A model generated the notes under the pieces. That model was not told the origin of the DNA and searched no databases. It saw only the letters and a program-made list of their open reading frames with translations. Shown in pieces: positions 13,870 to 27,858 of a stretch of 64,000 nucleotides of DNA. This stretch comes from Eledone cirrhosa (taxonomy: Eukaryota). The position numbers were made by a program, and so were the translations under genes. How positions within the stretch are numbered: the stretch's first letter is position 1; each line of letters starts with the position of its first letter. Where the stretch lies: the NCBI GenBank assembly GCA_964016885.1, contig CAXHJY010001561.1, forward strand, positions 14,800-78,799. Reading direction: 5' to 3'.

Positions 13870-14195
13870 AGATACCCCTAGTCTTCATTAAGACATCTCT
13901 CTAGGAGAAAGTCACACTCATATAAAACCTGCGACTTCGTTTGCATCCAATGATGTAGACCAGTTCTTCTTTTTGGGCAAATGCATAGAGTGGGATTGGC
14001 TCCGTACAAAGCCTTTCCTCACTTAAAAAAGCTTCAAACACAAGCATTGCTTGATATGTGACATATTTTGCGATGCATTGCTGGCCATAGGCAAGTCCCT
14101 AGCAGGACTAAAAAGCCACGTCTGTGATGTTTATGCTTAAGTATCAAGTGATGGCATTACTCGAAATCGAGTTGCAGCCATGATCATCATCATCA
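13870..14195 (+). mobile_element. Older family L copy with (CAT)n tail
   Basis: TCTAGGAGAAAG..ACTC.TATAAAACCTGCG 5' motif, AGAGTGGGATTGGCTC body, GCAGCCATGATCATCATCAT end. Confidence 0.55.
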
Positions 14196-15059
14196 TGTAT
14201 GTATGTATGTGCGTGTGTATGATTTTCGAGAAATGTCTATTAAATGCGTTTTCTTGACCTTGCACTGAGATTATTATTGTTCCATATAGTGTGGCCGTTA
14301 TTAAACATGATTATGATGATGATGAACACTCCATATTGTGTTCTACTGATAGCTTTGCTGTTTACGTTGGCTACAAATATTTGGAAGTTCTTAGTTAATG
14401 ATGATAAATTACATGCATTTAACCATTTAAAATACATTTTAAAATATTATATTACTGATCTCAACTCCACTTTTTTGCTATTTCAACATTTTCTTACAGT
14501 AATGGAATGAGCAACTTTTTACATTTGATTTTAAATATGAACTGACAAAAAAATCTAAAATATTTTATTATTATTATTAATACATAATTTTACTTAGTGC
14601 AATGCTTGTTAATATATTGTAATTTATATGTTTGTGCATACGATATTGTGAAATAAAGAACAAAGTTAGAACTACAGTTCCCACAGTTTATATAGAAATA
14701 AGGTTAAATTAATTAAAATAATATTACATATCCCTCTAAATAATTGAGCTATGTGGTTAAAGGAAATGTGTAAAGTGAGATATAAACAACTGTAGATGAA
14801 AAAATAAGAAAATCAAACTTATATTTCACAATTAATTAAATATGAAGAGGCTTACTAGAATTAAACAAAAAAAAAAAAAATACATAATGCAATTCATAAA
14901 TATGTTTAATGGATTTTGCATGAAAATGGATTTGGTGAATGTAAAGGGTGAATTGAAGTTGACAGCATTTTAATTTTGTATATTAATGCTGTAGTAGAAC
15001 GATAATATATGCAAAATCGCTTGTTCAGAAGCTCACATCCCCTCTGCAATATATATATA

Positions 15060-15366
15060 TAGGAGGTGAGTTTTATTGTAGTACAATAAAGCAATGCAGA
15101 TATCGGATAAGAAGCACTCTACAGTTTGTGGGACTGGAGTATACATAATATATAAGATCAAAAGATGGTTAAATGAGTTCCATGTATTTTATTATGCGCA
15201 TTTCAGATATGTTGATTTAAAACTGCACTATCCACAAGTGTTTTTTAACCTTCATATCATGTCCTCCTATTTTATCTGATGAAAACACAAATGTTATTGC
15301 ATGATGATATTTGTTTTTGAAATGCGCATAATAAAATACATGGAACTCATTTAACCATCCTTTGAT

Positions 15367-15372
<6 letters not shown>
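15060..15372. mobile_element. Family B element copy 3 with internal inversion
   Basis: Same left end AGGAGGTGAG as 7195 and 26635; switches strand at about 15206. Confidence 0.85.
15269..15337 (+). ncRNA. Putative hammerhead ribozyme (family B, diverged copy)
   Basis: ATTTTAT-CTGATGA...ACAAATGTTATT/GATGATATTTGT...GAAA-TGCGCA-TA-ATAAAAT; substitutions relative to copy 2 preserve pairing. Confidence 0.78.
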
Positions 15373-15412
<40 letters not shown>

Positions 15413-15755
15413 GTCGGTCGACAAGATCCCAGATAACGAGTGGAGTGGACCTCGTCAAATCGGACCGAGGAAACAATTTTTCCATTGGTCTTTCCAATTG
15501 CTAATACTATCTGTCGGTCGCAAATACAGGCAGAAGGAGCAGCATAAAGTGAAATAAAGTGTCTTGCTCAAGGAAATCATTCATCAGCGGTCCGGGAATC
15601 GAAATCACAACCTCAATATATATATATATATATTTATAGCGTCCGGAACGTTAAGACCCTCTTCCTGCTATTTCGAGCGTTAACCCTTCCATATACTGTA
15701 CCGATTGTGTTGTTATTTCTGTTTACCTTTTACATACATACATACATACATACAT

Positions 15756-15879
<124 letters not shown>

Positions 15880-16166
15880 GTGTATCTTGGCACCTTTAAA
15901 TTTCCCTCCTCTATATGATTTATACTTACATTCATCACTTTCAGGGTACATTCATAGCCGACCCCAAGCCCAATTTAAGGACACCGTCCACATTGACTCT
16001 ATTTCACATCACACCAAAACTCTGCCAATTTCTATATTGTTTTGGCAATCTATATTGGAAGAGTATATATATTTATAAGAATGGTGAAGTTTCGTTAACT
16101 TGTATTTACATTTTTATTGTGTACCGACTTGCGAAACGCACGTAACAAGTCGATATACACAGACAG

Positions 16167-16214
<48 letters not shown>

Positions 16215-16390
16215 TTGTATATATAGAAATGTGTGTGTGTATTCATGTGTATAATGTGTGTGAACACATACATTCGGTTTTATATTTCTTTAGTTTTACG
16301 AATCATTGTTCGCTAGACTAGACTATAGGACTATTGACACATATCCATACATGTGTAAACACAGACACGTACATGTATACATATGTACAC

Positions 16391-16441
<51 letters not shown>

Positions 16442-16462
16442 TCCGACAATGACAATCACTAA

Positions 16463-16827
16463 TATAATTGTTTCTACTTTTGGCACAAGGCCAGCAATTA
16501 CCCAGTGCATTACTGGTACTTTATTTTATCAACCCCGTAAGGATGAAAGGCAAAGTTAACCTCGGCGGGATTTGAACTCAGTCCGTAAAGGGACGTAACT
16601 CTGCTAATATAATATAAAATAAAACAATCACTAATATAATTGTTTCTACTTTTGGCACAAGGCCAGCAATTAACCAGTGTATTACTGGTACTTTATTTTA
16701 TCGACCCCGTAAGGATGAAAGGCAAAGTTAACCTCGGCTGGATTTGAACTCAGAATGGCAAGGGCCGTAACTCTATGCGTCAAAGCATGGCGTCCGACCC
16801 TCTACCGATACTGCCAATCCACCGCCA
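16463..16827 (-). mobile_element. Two tandem Meta-core SINEs (16463-16605 truncated; 16635-16827 full)
   Basis: Each is flanked by the repeated target ACAATCACTAATATAAT (about 16452, 16623, 16828). Confidence 0.9.
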
Positions 16828-17499
16828 ACAATCACTAATATAATATAAAATAAATGGATAATATCTGCTGCATATAATCAATCAGTGGGTGATTACGGGT
16901 GCAGTAGTGGAAATACCTATATGACTTCTACTACATCATCTCAGTCTGTGCAATAGATATATCTGCAGAAAAACAAACAAAAGAACACTATCCATAATGC
17001 ATTGTCAGTAAGTCATAATTAATGCAAACGAGAATGCAATAAAATTAAAAACGTTAGAGGCACTAAAAACACTTCTTTATGTCAAATCACCGAAATTAAG
17101 CATTTTCAAGCCAGGCTAATGTTTAGAAGGGTGATTATATATACACACTTCACTGGGTTTCATTTGACTAGTTTCAACAAGTTGCTTTGTTGTTTGAAGT
17201 TCGGTTGTTGTAGTTGTTGTTGTTGTATGGGTTTTTTTGTGGAGGTTTTTGTTGTTGTTTTTGTTGTTTTTTTTGTTTGTTGTGTGTTTTTCTTTGTTTT
17301 TTTTTTGTTTTTTTTTGCTGTTTATTTGTTATATAATTAATTATCAGCCACTTGTCTGTGACGGTTCTGCACTTGTAAGCTTACAATAGAATTATTTATG
17401 ATTTAACATCAGAAATCAAGCATAGATTTGCAATTTAGAATCCTGAGTCTACGCTGCTTTCATCTAATGCTCTAAGGACTGTGTGCTATTGACTCTTGG

Positions 17500-18375
17500 G
17501 GTTACTGTTGTTGTTCTTGTTGTTGTTGGTTGTTGTTGTGGTGGTGGTGGTGGTGGTGATGGTGGTGGTGGTGGCGGCGGTGGTGGTTCTGCTGCTACTG
17601 ATGGCGCTGATGCTCATAGTGATGGTGATGGTGCAGATGGTGATGGTGGTATTGGTGATAGTGGCGGTAGTTCTGTTGCTACTGCTGGCGGCGGTGGCGG
17701 TGGTGGTGGTGGCGGTAGTTCTGTTGCTACTGCTGGTGGCGGTGGCGGTGGTGGAGGTGGAGGTGGTTCTCTTGCTACTGCTGGTGGTGGTGGTGGTGGT
17801 GGAGGTGGTGGTGGAGGTGGTTCTCTTGCTACTGCTGGTGGTGGTGGTGGTGGTGGTGGTGGAGGTGGTTCTCTTGCTACTGCTGGTGGTGGTGGTGGTG
17901 GTGGTGGTGGAGGTGGTTCTCTTGCTACTGCTGGTGGTGGTGGTGGTGGTGGAGGTGGTGGTTCTCTTGCTACTGCTGGTGGTGGTGGTGGTGGTGGAGG
18001 TGGTTCTCTTGCTACTGCTGGTGGTGGTGGTGGTGGTGGAGGTGGTGGTTCTCTTGCTACTGCTGGTGGTGGTGGTGGTGGTGGAGGTGGTTCTCTTGCT
18101 ACTGCTGGTGGTGGTGGTGGTGGAGGTGGTTCTCTTGCTACTGCTGGTGGTGGTGGTGGTGGTGGTGGTGGTGGTTCTCTTGCTACTGCTGATACTCATA
18201 GTGATGGTGCTCGTGTAGGTGGTGGTGGTGTAGGTGGTGATAGTGGTGGTGGTGTTGGTGGTGGTGTTGGTGGTGGTGTTGGTGGTGGTGGTTGTTGTTC
18301 TCTTGCTACTGCTGGTCCTGATGCTCATAGAGATGGTGACAGTGCAGATGGTGATGGTGGTTGTGGTGTTGCTGC
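17500..18375. repeat. (GGT)n-based minisatellite with TCTCTTGCTACTGCT spacer
   Basis: About a dozen units of GGT(n)-TCTCTTGCTACTGCT. Confidence 0.9.
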
Positions 18376-18591
18376 TTCTAGTAGGCTAGTTACTAGTAGT
18401 TACCAGCAGAATTGTTATAGCACCTGGAAGAATGCCTCTAACATGATTTAAGTGCGCCTCTTTAAATTCTAAGTTCGATTCCCACCGGTGTCGATAACAT
18501 ATCTAACAGTCCTTGGGTACTTGGGTAGATTTAATCAACCGTTTCTTATTTCATAGAGTGATGCTCTTGTGCCTGAGTTAGAAATCGTTAT

Positions 18592-18780
18592 TGTGGATTG
18601 GTAGTATCGGTAGAGAGTCGGACGCCATGCTTTCCAGCATAGTTACGACCCTATACGGTCTGAGTTCAAGTCCCGCCGAGGTTCACTTTGCCTTTCATCC
18701 TTACCGGGGGTCGATAAAATAGAGTACCAGTAATGTACTAGGTAATTGCTGGCCTTGTGCCAAAAGTAGAAACAGTTATT
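18592..18780 (+). mobile_element. Meta-core SINE
   Basis: Alignable to 7888-8077. Confidence 0.85.
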
Positions 18781-18974
18781 ATAGTAGAGCAGTGACAGAT
18801 AGAATCGTGTGTGTATCAGATACGTTGATTTGCGGTATTAAATCGTCTGTTTTTACGTTCTGATGTCAAATTCTGTCAAAATAGTTCTATCTTTTCGTGC
18901 TTTCAACGTAAATAGAAAAACAAAATCAGTCAAGTACTAGTGTCAATTAAATTAACTATGTATGTATGTTCCTG

Positions 18975-19583
18975 CAACTCCTGATAAAGTCGTAGGGGTG
19001 CCGTATTAACATACGGCGTTTCTAGGGCATTTTAACCCTGGCGGAGCCCATCCCTCTCCAGACTTGAGTACAGCAGATTTCTTCCAGAGAAAGATAGAAA
19101 GTGAGAGAGAAAAATGAGAAAGAGATATAGAGGTACTTTTCTTATCGACCTCGTAAGGATAAAATGCAAAGTTGAGCTCGACAGGATTTGAACTTCAAGA
19201 GCACTGAGCCGGAACGAATACCATAAAGCATTCTATCCGACGTTCTAACGACTCTATCAATTCACCGCCTTTAAATTGACTATAACCATTCCTCAAAGTT
19301 GTGCTTTTGTGCCAAAATAAGAAAGTCTAATTACTACAGGTTAGATATACGCCAAACTCTTCCTAACCTTTTATTCTTCCAGGATCGATATAATCGATTG
19401 TTCCCTTCTCATCAAATTTGTGGTCTTGTTCCTATTTCAGGAATCATGACCATTGCAGTGGGTCGGCAGAACCGGTAGAGCATTTGACAGAATGTCTTGT
19501 AGAATATAGGTGGGTTAACTTACGTTCTATGTTTAAAATCACAACTTTATAAGACATATAGTGGGGTTGATCTAATCGGCCCT

Positions 19584-19626
<43 letters not shown>

Positions 19627-19715
19627 TTTGCATCAATGTAGAACAAGCAGTCAAATCATGCTAAAATCACACCCTGTTGCTCTAAAAAGGAAGGTGCACA
19701 TTGAATTATGTAGTC
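18975..19715 (+). repeat. Dispersed duplicated block copy 1 (composite of old SINE fragments)
   Basis: Collinear with 41790-42643, including junctions between unrelated repeats. Confidence 0.85.
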
Positions 19716-20029
19716 CTGGATACACGACGAAAATATTTTAAGTCTATTAAACACGATGTGGTTTAATATATTTCTAAAAAATCTAATTATATAGTTTTTA
19801 TGATGATTGACACTTAAGCACCAGACAGATAGCGAGGGGGTAGCGGGTGGGGTGTATAATCGAATCAATCAGTTCACAACATTAGTTCTATATTATTTAT
19901 TGATCCGTCAAACTTATTTATTCCCAGCAACTCGTAGCTTTACTTGATCTCGTTTCACCAATGTGTAAAATGAAAATATATACGAGCCACTGCGAAGTAG
20001 TTTGATATGCTAGAAATAGCAGCCATATA

Positions 20030-20224
20030 CAGACCTGTTAACTCTCCCGTCCGACGGGGAGATCTTCCACCCACTTTGGGGTGGTTGAGAGATGTCTTCT
20101 CTTGTGAAAATGGGTATAGCTTTCATTATGTAAAATCTCCCCATTTTGCTTCATTTCTCACCGTTTTGGGGCAGTTAAAATTCACGGTTCTCCCCATTAG
20201 GTTTTTTAGAGGTTAACAGGTCTG
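20030..20224 (+). mobile_element. 195-bp MITE with terminal inverted repeats (CAG termini, hAT-like)
   Basis: TIRs CAGACCTGTTAAC / GTTAACAGGTCTG; interrupts an older repeat; copies at 47420, 54125-54696 and 55217. Confidence 0.8.
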
Positions 20225-20512
20225 CCTATATATCACACACATCACATCCTACTGTCTTAAGAAATGTTGGACACATTAGATAATGTAATCTTAGGCACAT
20301 TTTCTAGAAAAAATAAATAGACAGGATAGTCGCAGTCCGTATATTTTCAACCATGGATCAACTCGTTCAAGCTGACCTGGGGCTAAAGAAAACAAAAAAA
20401 AAACAAAAACGTAAGATATCTCTTTAATCTCTTTAATGTTTTTATCATTTGTGTGTATGTATGTATGTATGTATATATGTATATGTGTGTATGTATGTAT
20501 GTAAGTATGTAT

Positions 20513-20636
20513 GTCTTTCCTCACTTAAAAAAAAAATCTTCACGCACAGGCATTGCACGATACCATTAATTGATAATTATAAATAATGTTATATCGTGCA
20601 ATGGCCATACTTGATAATGAGGGGGGCAGCCATCAT
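20513..20636 (+). mobile_element. Family L 3' fragment within (GTAT)n
   Basis: Reverse complement of about 11677-11782, with the 3' end GCAGCCATCAT. Confidence 0.7.
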
Positions 20637-21525
20637 GTATGTATGTGTATATGTGTGTATGTATGCGTATTTGTGTGTATGTATGTATATGTATGTATGT
20701 GTATATGTGTATATGTGTATATGTATGTGTATATATATGTCTGTATGTATGTGTATATGTGTGTATGTATGTATGTGTATATGTGTGTATGTATATACGT
20801 ATGTATATATGTATGTCTGTATGTATGTCTATATGTGTGTATGTATGTATGTGTATATGTGTGTATGTATATACGTATGTATGTGTATATGTGTATATGT
20901 ATGTATGTGTATATGTGTGTATGTATATATGTATGTGTATATGTATGTATGTGTATATGTGTGTATGTATATATGTATGTGTATATGTATGTCTGTATGT
21001 ATGTGTATATGTGTGTATGTATGTATGTGTATATGTGTGTATGTATATATGTATGTGTATATGTATGTCTGTATGTATGTGTATATGTGTGTATGTATGT
21101 ATGTGTATATGTGTGTATGTATATATGTATGTGTATATGTATGTCTGTATGTATGTGTATATGTGTCTATGTATGTATGTGTATATGTGTGTATGTATAT
21201 ATGTATGTGTATATGTATGTCTGTATGTATGTCTATATGTGTGTATGTATGTATGTATGTGTATATGTGTGTATGTATATACGTATGTGTATATGTATGT
21301 CTGTATGTATGTCTATATGTGTGTATGTATGTATGTATGTATGTGTATATGTGTGTATGTATATACGTATGTGTATATGTGTATATGTATGTTTATATAT
21401 ATGTCTGTATGAATGTGTATATGTGTGTATGTATATACGTATGTGTATATGTATGTCTGTATGTATGTGTATATGCGTGTATGTATGTATATATGCATGT
21501 GTAAGTGAGTGTGTGTATGTGTGTG
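20637..21525. repeat. Compound (GTAT/GT/TA) satellite
   Basis: Direct inspection. Confidence 0.9.
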
Positions 21526-22102
21526 CGTTGTTTATGTTCCTGTACACTTGATTGTACAATTTGTACCCATGTGACAGGAGAAATTAACGGGGGACATAAT
21601 ATGCAGTTAATACTTTTTTTTCCTGCATAAATGTTGCATGAATCCTAAACTGTAATAAATGAAAATTGCATAGGAGCAGAATTAATTCCCATCTAGTTCT
21701 TTTCAAGAAACTAATATTTCAACAAATACTTCTCTATTCCGTTCTATCTATGCCTCGGTGATATTTCCTGTTAATATATTAAACGGCTGATTTCACAAGT
21801 CCGGGAACAGTACTCATGGGACAAAAATACTGCCTGCTTGACTTGTTTTCGTTTCTCATTGATGACCTTTATTAATCTTGCTTCTTTCAAGGATGTCTCT
21901 TTTCATAGTCTGCTCCAATATACAGTTGTGTGATTTATATATAGTTTTCACTCACTTCAAGAAGGAATATATGTTATCTATTATAATAGAGGTGTAAATG
22001 AAGGCATATACGATATGTTTATGTATAAATGACATACAAGAGTCTCGCTATGATTGTTTTAAAGCTGTGATCATGTCACGGTTATCTCAGTAACCGTATG
22101 AG

Positions 22103-22149
22103 AACGTCAGACACGTGTTTCTGGATTTTTATCCGTCATCAGTGACGTT
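22103..22149 (-). ncRNA. Putative minimal type-I hammerhead ribozyme
   Basis: Minus: AACGTCA-CTGATGA-C-GGAT-aaaa-ATCC-A-GAAA-CACGTG-TC-TGACGTT; 7-bp stem I, palindromic ACGT loop III, GUC triplet. Confidence 0.75.
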
Positions 22150-22199
22150 TACTCATTCGGTTCTGAAACAAGAATAAGCTATAGTTTATATGCTTTTAT

Positions 22200-22497
22200 G
22201 CGATCAGTGTTTCAATTGTTCAATCAGCGGAATAGCCTGCTCTTCAAATTACCGTGTATCTGATCAATCCACCGGCACGTACACCCGTAACGTAATTCTC
22301 GGGGAGATTCAGCCTAACGCAGTATGGGGCAAAGCTGGCTGTTTCATTTACAGGTACATTCCATCCGATGGATTTCAAACAGTTTCTGTCTATCTGGTTT
22401 CACTCACAAGACACGAATCGACCCAAAATGCCACACAGTGCGATCGAACACGGGACCTCATGATTTCAAAACGAACTCTTTAACCAATTAACCATGC
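22200..22497 (-). mobile_element. CORE-like SINE, near full length
   Basis: Minus strand has TGGTTAA...GTTCGATCGCACTGTGTGGCA...TTGTGAGTGAAA and the shared tail. Confidence 0.6.
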
Positions 22498-22749
22498 AGC
22501 GTCCACAAATCATTCCCTATGAATTGTGTAAGAATATTTGTGTCAGAGAGCAGATATAAGTTTTCCTTATCTGTAAGTGTCAACAGTTATAATATCTGTC
22601 AACGATCTATGCTTGTATGGAGGACTTCAACCACGCCTTGAAACACGCTCCAGCCGATCAGAGTTAAAAGAGATACGAATCAACGTATGTTAGTTAATAT
22701 TGGGTGATGATATTCTGAACTATTTTCTCCTACCAAGATAAAAACTTTT

Positions 22750-22799
<50 letters not shown>

Positions 22800-22801
<2 letters not shown>

Positions 22802-23064
22802 GATAACAAGTTATCGTTATAGGTAATCCAGTTAGAGGTTGTGAGTACTCTGCGTCGTGGATAGTTTTAACGTACGGCTTTGTTTGACTCAACAAGATGC
22901 TTCCATAGTTAGGCAGCGAGTTCGCGGTAATTTCTATACAGGTTATACTTGGAGTAATAATAGTTAAAGAATGAAGAGTAACATGGTTGGCTGTAGAATT
23001 GTCAGTACTTTAAATAAAGCCCTTACTGTACAGCCAACCATGTTACTCTTCATTCTTTAACTAT
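22800..23064. mobile_element. Family J copy 2 with 36-bp inverted repeat
   Basis: Arms 22960-22995 and 23029-23064; flanked by (TA)n. Confidence 0.7.
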
Positions 23065-23779
23065 ATATATATATATATATCACAGAGATGATGCACTTTA
23101 AAAGCGCAGAAATCGGTGCACACGGATCGGCGAAACTGCAGTCGGAACTTTGAAGAAAAAATAGGTATATTTTTGTCTATTATTTCCTCATATTTTGTAA
23201 TTTGATATATATATATATATGTGTGTGTGTAGACATGGACTGAGCCAATACTGGCCGAAACCTATCAAAGTTACCAAAGTTATATATCATAAAAGTAACG
23301 AAGATCGCTGGTATTAAGTCGAGGTTCTCCGTTTTATACTTAATTTATTAATGCTATTATTTTGTATTTTATAGCAAATATGATTCACAAAATATATGTT
23401 TTATTAAAAATATATGCTTGATATATTAACAAAATTACTGTTTCCGCACGCTTGTTTGGTATGTATGTGTGTATCATACACACATATATGGAGGACAAAT
23501 TATTCGCTTATTTGGCTAAAATAGACTTTATGCAGTCCTAATAGAGTTGAGATGAAAAATAAAGGTTACCTGTTACTTACAAGTGGGTAAACGTCTATTA
23601 TGAAGCAGCTGACAGGTGTAGTTTTTGAATAACTAGCAAAAGAGACTGAATAAAGTTCAGTTATAAATAATAATAATAATAATAGTAATAACAATAGTAA
23701 TAATAATGATAATAATAGCGTTATGCTTCATCGTTCTTGTCAGCATATCCGGTTTGATAACGACTTCCGGCTTCGACAC

Positions 23780-24060
23780 ATCAGTACCCATGCTCTCTTA
23801 CTGCAAGGGTAGAGAGGACTATTTTGTAGGAGGTTACATTTATCTAGTGAAGCAGATGCAACCAGTTAATTTAAACAAATTGTTAAAGGTTGACATCTGT
23901 AAACACGACATTAGTTTTAGTCGGAGCAGTTGCAACTGGCCTTGTAAAGAAGGAAGCAGTTTGCCTAGTCTTGAGAATATCCGCTGACATAAATGAGAAG
24001 ATATTGCCGTTTTTTTTCAAAGGAGATGGTTTATATATTACTATCAAAGTGATGAATTGG
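23780..24060 (-). pseudogene. Possible decayed CR1/L2-like LINE 3' end
   Basis: Minus reading DILKTRQTASFFTRPV...VVFTDVNL*QF..INWLHL resembles the IP..RT...SFF.R...VF...NLQ.FK..IN terminus. Confidence 0.35.
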
Positions 24061-24344
24061 AACAATGTCAGGACGTAGGATAGAATATTTTGCGGTGGTC
24101 ATTGCGGCTTTCTGAGTTCAAATCCCGCCCGGGTCAACTTTATCTTTTATCCTTTAGAAATCGATAAAAAAATGTACCGATATAGGGGTCCACTCCCTCT
24201 CTCTCTCTCATAAAAATACATTAAACCATATCGTATTTAAAACACTTAAAATACTTTCGTTGTGTATCCAGAACTACATAATTCAATGTGCCCTTCCTTT
24301 TTTAGGGCAACAGGGTGTGATTTGGGCCTGATTTGACTGCATGT

Positions 24345-24379
<35 letters not shown>

Positions 24380-25156
24380 CTGGGGGAAATCGGCTGAGCT
24401 CAGACCTGAACAGAGATGAGCCTTCAGGTTTAAGGTGCCCATCAAACAACGGAGTCCTTACAGCTCCAACAAGGGTCATACATTTATATATAATTCCTTG
24501 TTCTTAATTTAACTATATATGATAATATCAAACATATATATGTACCACAACAACAACCATCGGGTTATTATTTTCTGATTATTTTCTTATTATTTTCTGT
24601 TATTTTACACACATGGGTTGTAAAATCTAAACTTTTGCATATTTTTCTTTACGAATAAATTTTCTCATCAAATAATAGATTTTATTAAATTATTCTTTAG
24701 CATTATCATTTGTGCTTTGTGGTCCATTCCTATTTCGTGCCTTGACAAAAGCAACACTACTATAATGTGGTAAATAAATCTTCTCTAACTGTTGTAATAA
24801 TTGACATTGTATACTTCCGTGACAAGACAAAAACAAATAGACTGCATTATGTTGGGTATTTTAAAGCAAATCCTGTAATACTTTATTTCGTGTAGTTTTC
24901 GTGTCATGACAATAGCAACACAATTACATTCTATAGCGGTTTCTCTTCTCAATGTTAAAACAATCGTTCACGTCCAGTAGTTGTAAACACACACGTGCTG
25001 GGGAAGCTATGCACTGACCTAGATCTCGGACAAATGATCTTATGGGAAATGAAACGGGGTCATAATATACACTATCCCATTGGTAAAGGGTGGAAATATA
25101 AAAACAGATATGCCCTCAGGGAAATTTCAACCAGTCGTCAGCCAATTGGTAATAGG

Positions 25157-25957
<801 letters not shown>

Positions 25958-26324
25958 AAGATAAAACAAACAGAACTTAGGGATGGGATAATTTTGGTAA
26001 AATCATTATCTTTTCAAGGGCTCCTTTCCGCTTAAATGGTTACATACTCATATATTTTATTAAGAGGTTCGTTGTCCTTTCTAATGGCGTAAAATCCAAA
26101 ATAAAATCCTTTGTAATTTTATAGTGACGATGGTAAAACAACATCACTAAATTATAGACTACGCATCTGGCACCTAATCCTAGCTGATCATTGAGAAGTG
26201 AAGATTAAAATGAGATAGAGATTGTCATTTGGTCTCATGGGTCAGATATATCACATATATATATGTGTGTGTATATATATATGTGTGTGTATGTGTATAT
26301 ATATATATATATATATATCATATA

Positions 26325-26379
<55 letters not shown>

Positions 26380-26425
26380 AGATAAAATAAATAAGTCAAA
26401 TGTTTAAAATTTAGCTTCGTTTATT

Positions 26426-26482
26426 ACTGCTATATATATATTTCGGTGACAGCCATCTTTGGCTTTGAGCTCTTCAGGCAGT
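26426..26482 (-). ncRNA. Putative hammerhead ribozyme
   Basis: Minus: ACTGC-CTGAAGA-G..AGCCA/TGGCT..C-GAAA-TATATATA-TA-GCAGT; proximal stem II imperfect. Confidence 0.6.
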
Positions 26483-26593
26483 CCGAATTAGTGTGCATAT
26501 GTACATATGTTGTTGAGGCGTATAACTTTGTCAATACTCTGATATGCCCAGTTCCTGGTTGAGTTGTTATTTCACTGAGGAACTGGAATCATA

Positions 26594-26634
<41 letters not shown>

Positions 26635-26635
<1 letters not shown>

Positions 26636-26841
26636 GTAGGAGGTGAGTTTTATTGTAGTACAATAAAGCAATGCAGATATCGGATAAGAAGCACTCTACA
26701 GTTTGTAGGACTGGAGTATACATAATATAAGATCAAAAGATGGTTAAAGGTGGTTAAAGGAGTTCCATGTATTTTATTATGCGCATTTCAAAAACAAACA
26801 TCATCATGCAATAATATTTGTGTTTTCATCAGATAAAACAT
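26635..26841 (-). mobile_element. Family B element copy 4, truncated at the hammerhead boundary (fold 26771-26839)
   Basis: Matches 7195-7390 apart from a duplicated TGGTTAAAGG; flanked by (TA)n. Confidence 0.85.
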
Positions 26842-26843
26842 AA

Positions 26844-26915
<72 letters not shown>

Positions 26916-27449
26916 TATATACACACACACGTGTGTGTGCGTGTATTTTTCAAAAAAAAACATTACAAACCTCGAAGTGTTTCGTGTAAAGTCTGGCAGA
27001 ATGGGGAGAAAGATCGTTTTATATATTGTTTTATTTTATCATTGATTTCAATCAATCAAAAGCGGCCATGCTGGAGCACCAATTTGAAATGACCTTAGTT
27101 GTTAATATCGCCCGCAATATTTACTTCATTCAAATACTTATTTTATCGAACTCTATCCAATAACTAGGGACATCTTTTGGCGTAACGTAAAGGGGAATAA
27201 CTCCATGCATCTAGTCACACCCGCACACCCACTATCCCGTTGAGAACTCTGATAGCATTTTGATTAAGTCCGTAAAACAAAACTTCTACAACTGAATACA
27301 ATCGCGCACATGACGTTACACTTAGAATTGCCCAAACTACTTTTGGATCAGCAAATAAATTTATACTCAACAATCGATTATCGAACTGTTTTTTTTTTTT
27401 TTTTTCGATGATATCTCAACATACAATGTTGTAGACATACAACGAAACG

Positions 27450-27668
27450 ATTATGGTTTCTTATATAGGCACAAGGCCAGCAATTTTGGGGGTGGGGAAA
27501 GTCGATTAAATCGACTCCAGTGCGTGACTGGTACTTTATTTTATCGACCCCGTAAGGATGAAAGGCAAAGTTAACCCCGGCGAGATTTGAACTCAGATCA
27601 TAAAGGGCCGTAACTCTATGCTGCAAAGCATGGTGTCCGACTCTCTACCGATATTGCCAATCCACCGT
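27450..27668 (-). mobile_element. Meta-core SINE (long variant)
   Basis: Contains the extra AGTCGATTAAATCGAC segment. Confidence 0.85.
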
Positions 27669-27804
27669 CCTATACAACGAAACGATAATAAGGAGTCGGT
27701 AATATATTTCCCTATTGAGTTCTTGAATGAACAAATTTTCCCAAGGATGGCCCCCTCTCTCTCTCTTTCTCTCTCTCTCTATCTATCTGTCTATCTATCT
27801 CTCG

Positions 27805-27858
<54 letters not shown>

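Noticed and set aside
17670-18190. CRISPR-like repeat-spacer pattern
   Set aside because: Spacers are GGT runs rather than unique sequence; eukaryotic context, no cas genes
20586-21559. VCMY-rich ORFs (also 35536-36457, 43290-43770)
   Set aside because: TG/TA compound satellite translations
23085-23265. Further hammerhead-like remnants (GATGA-TGC..GCA-GAAA; GAGCCA..TGGCCGAAAC), also about 12525-12560
   Set aside because: Core incomplete and stem I not evident
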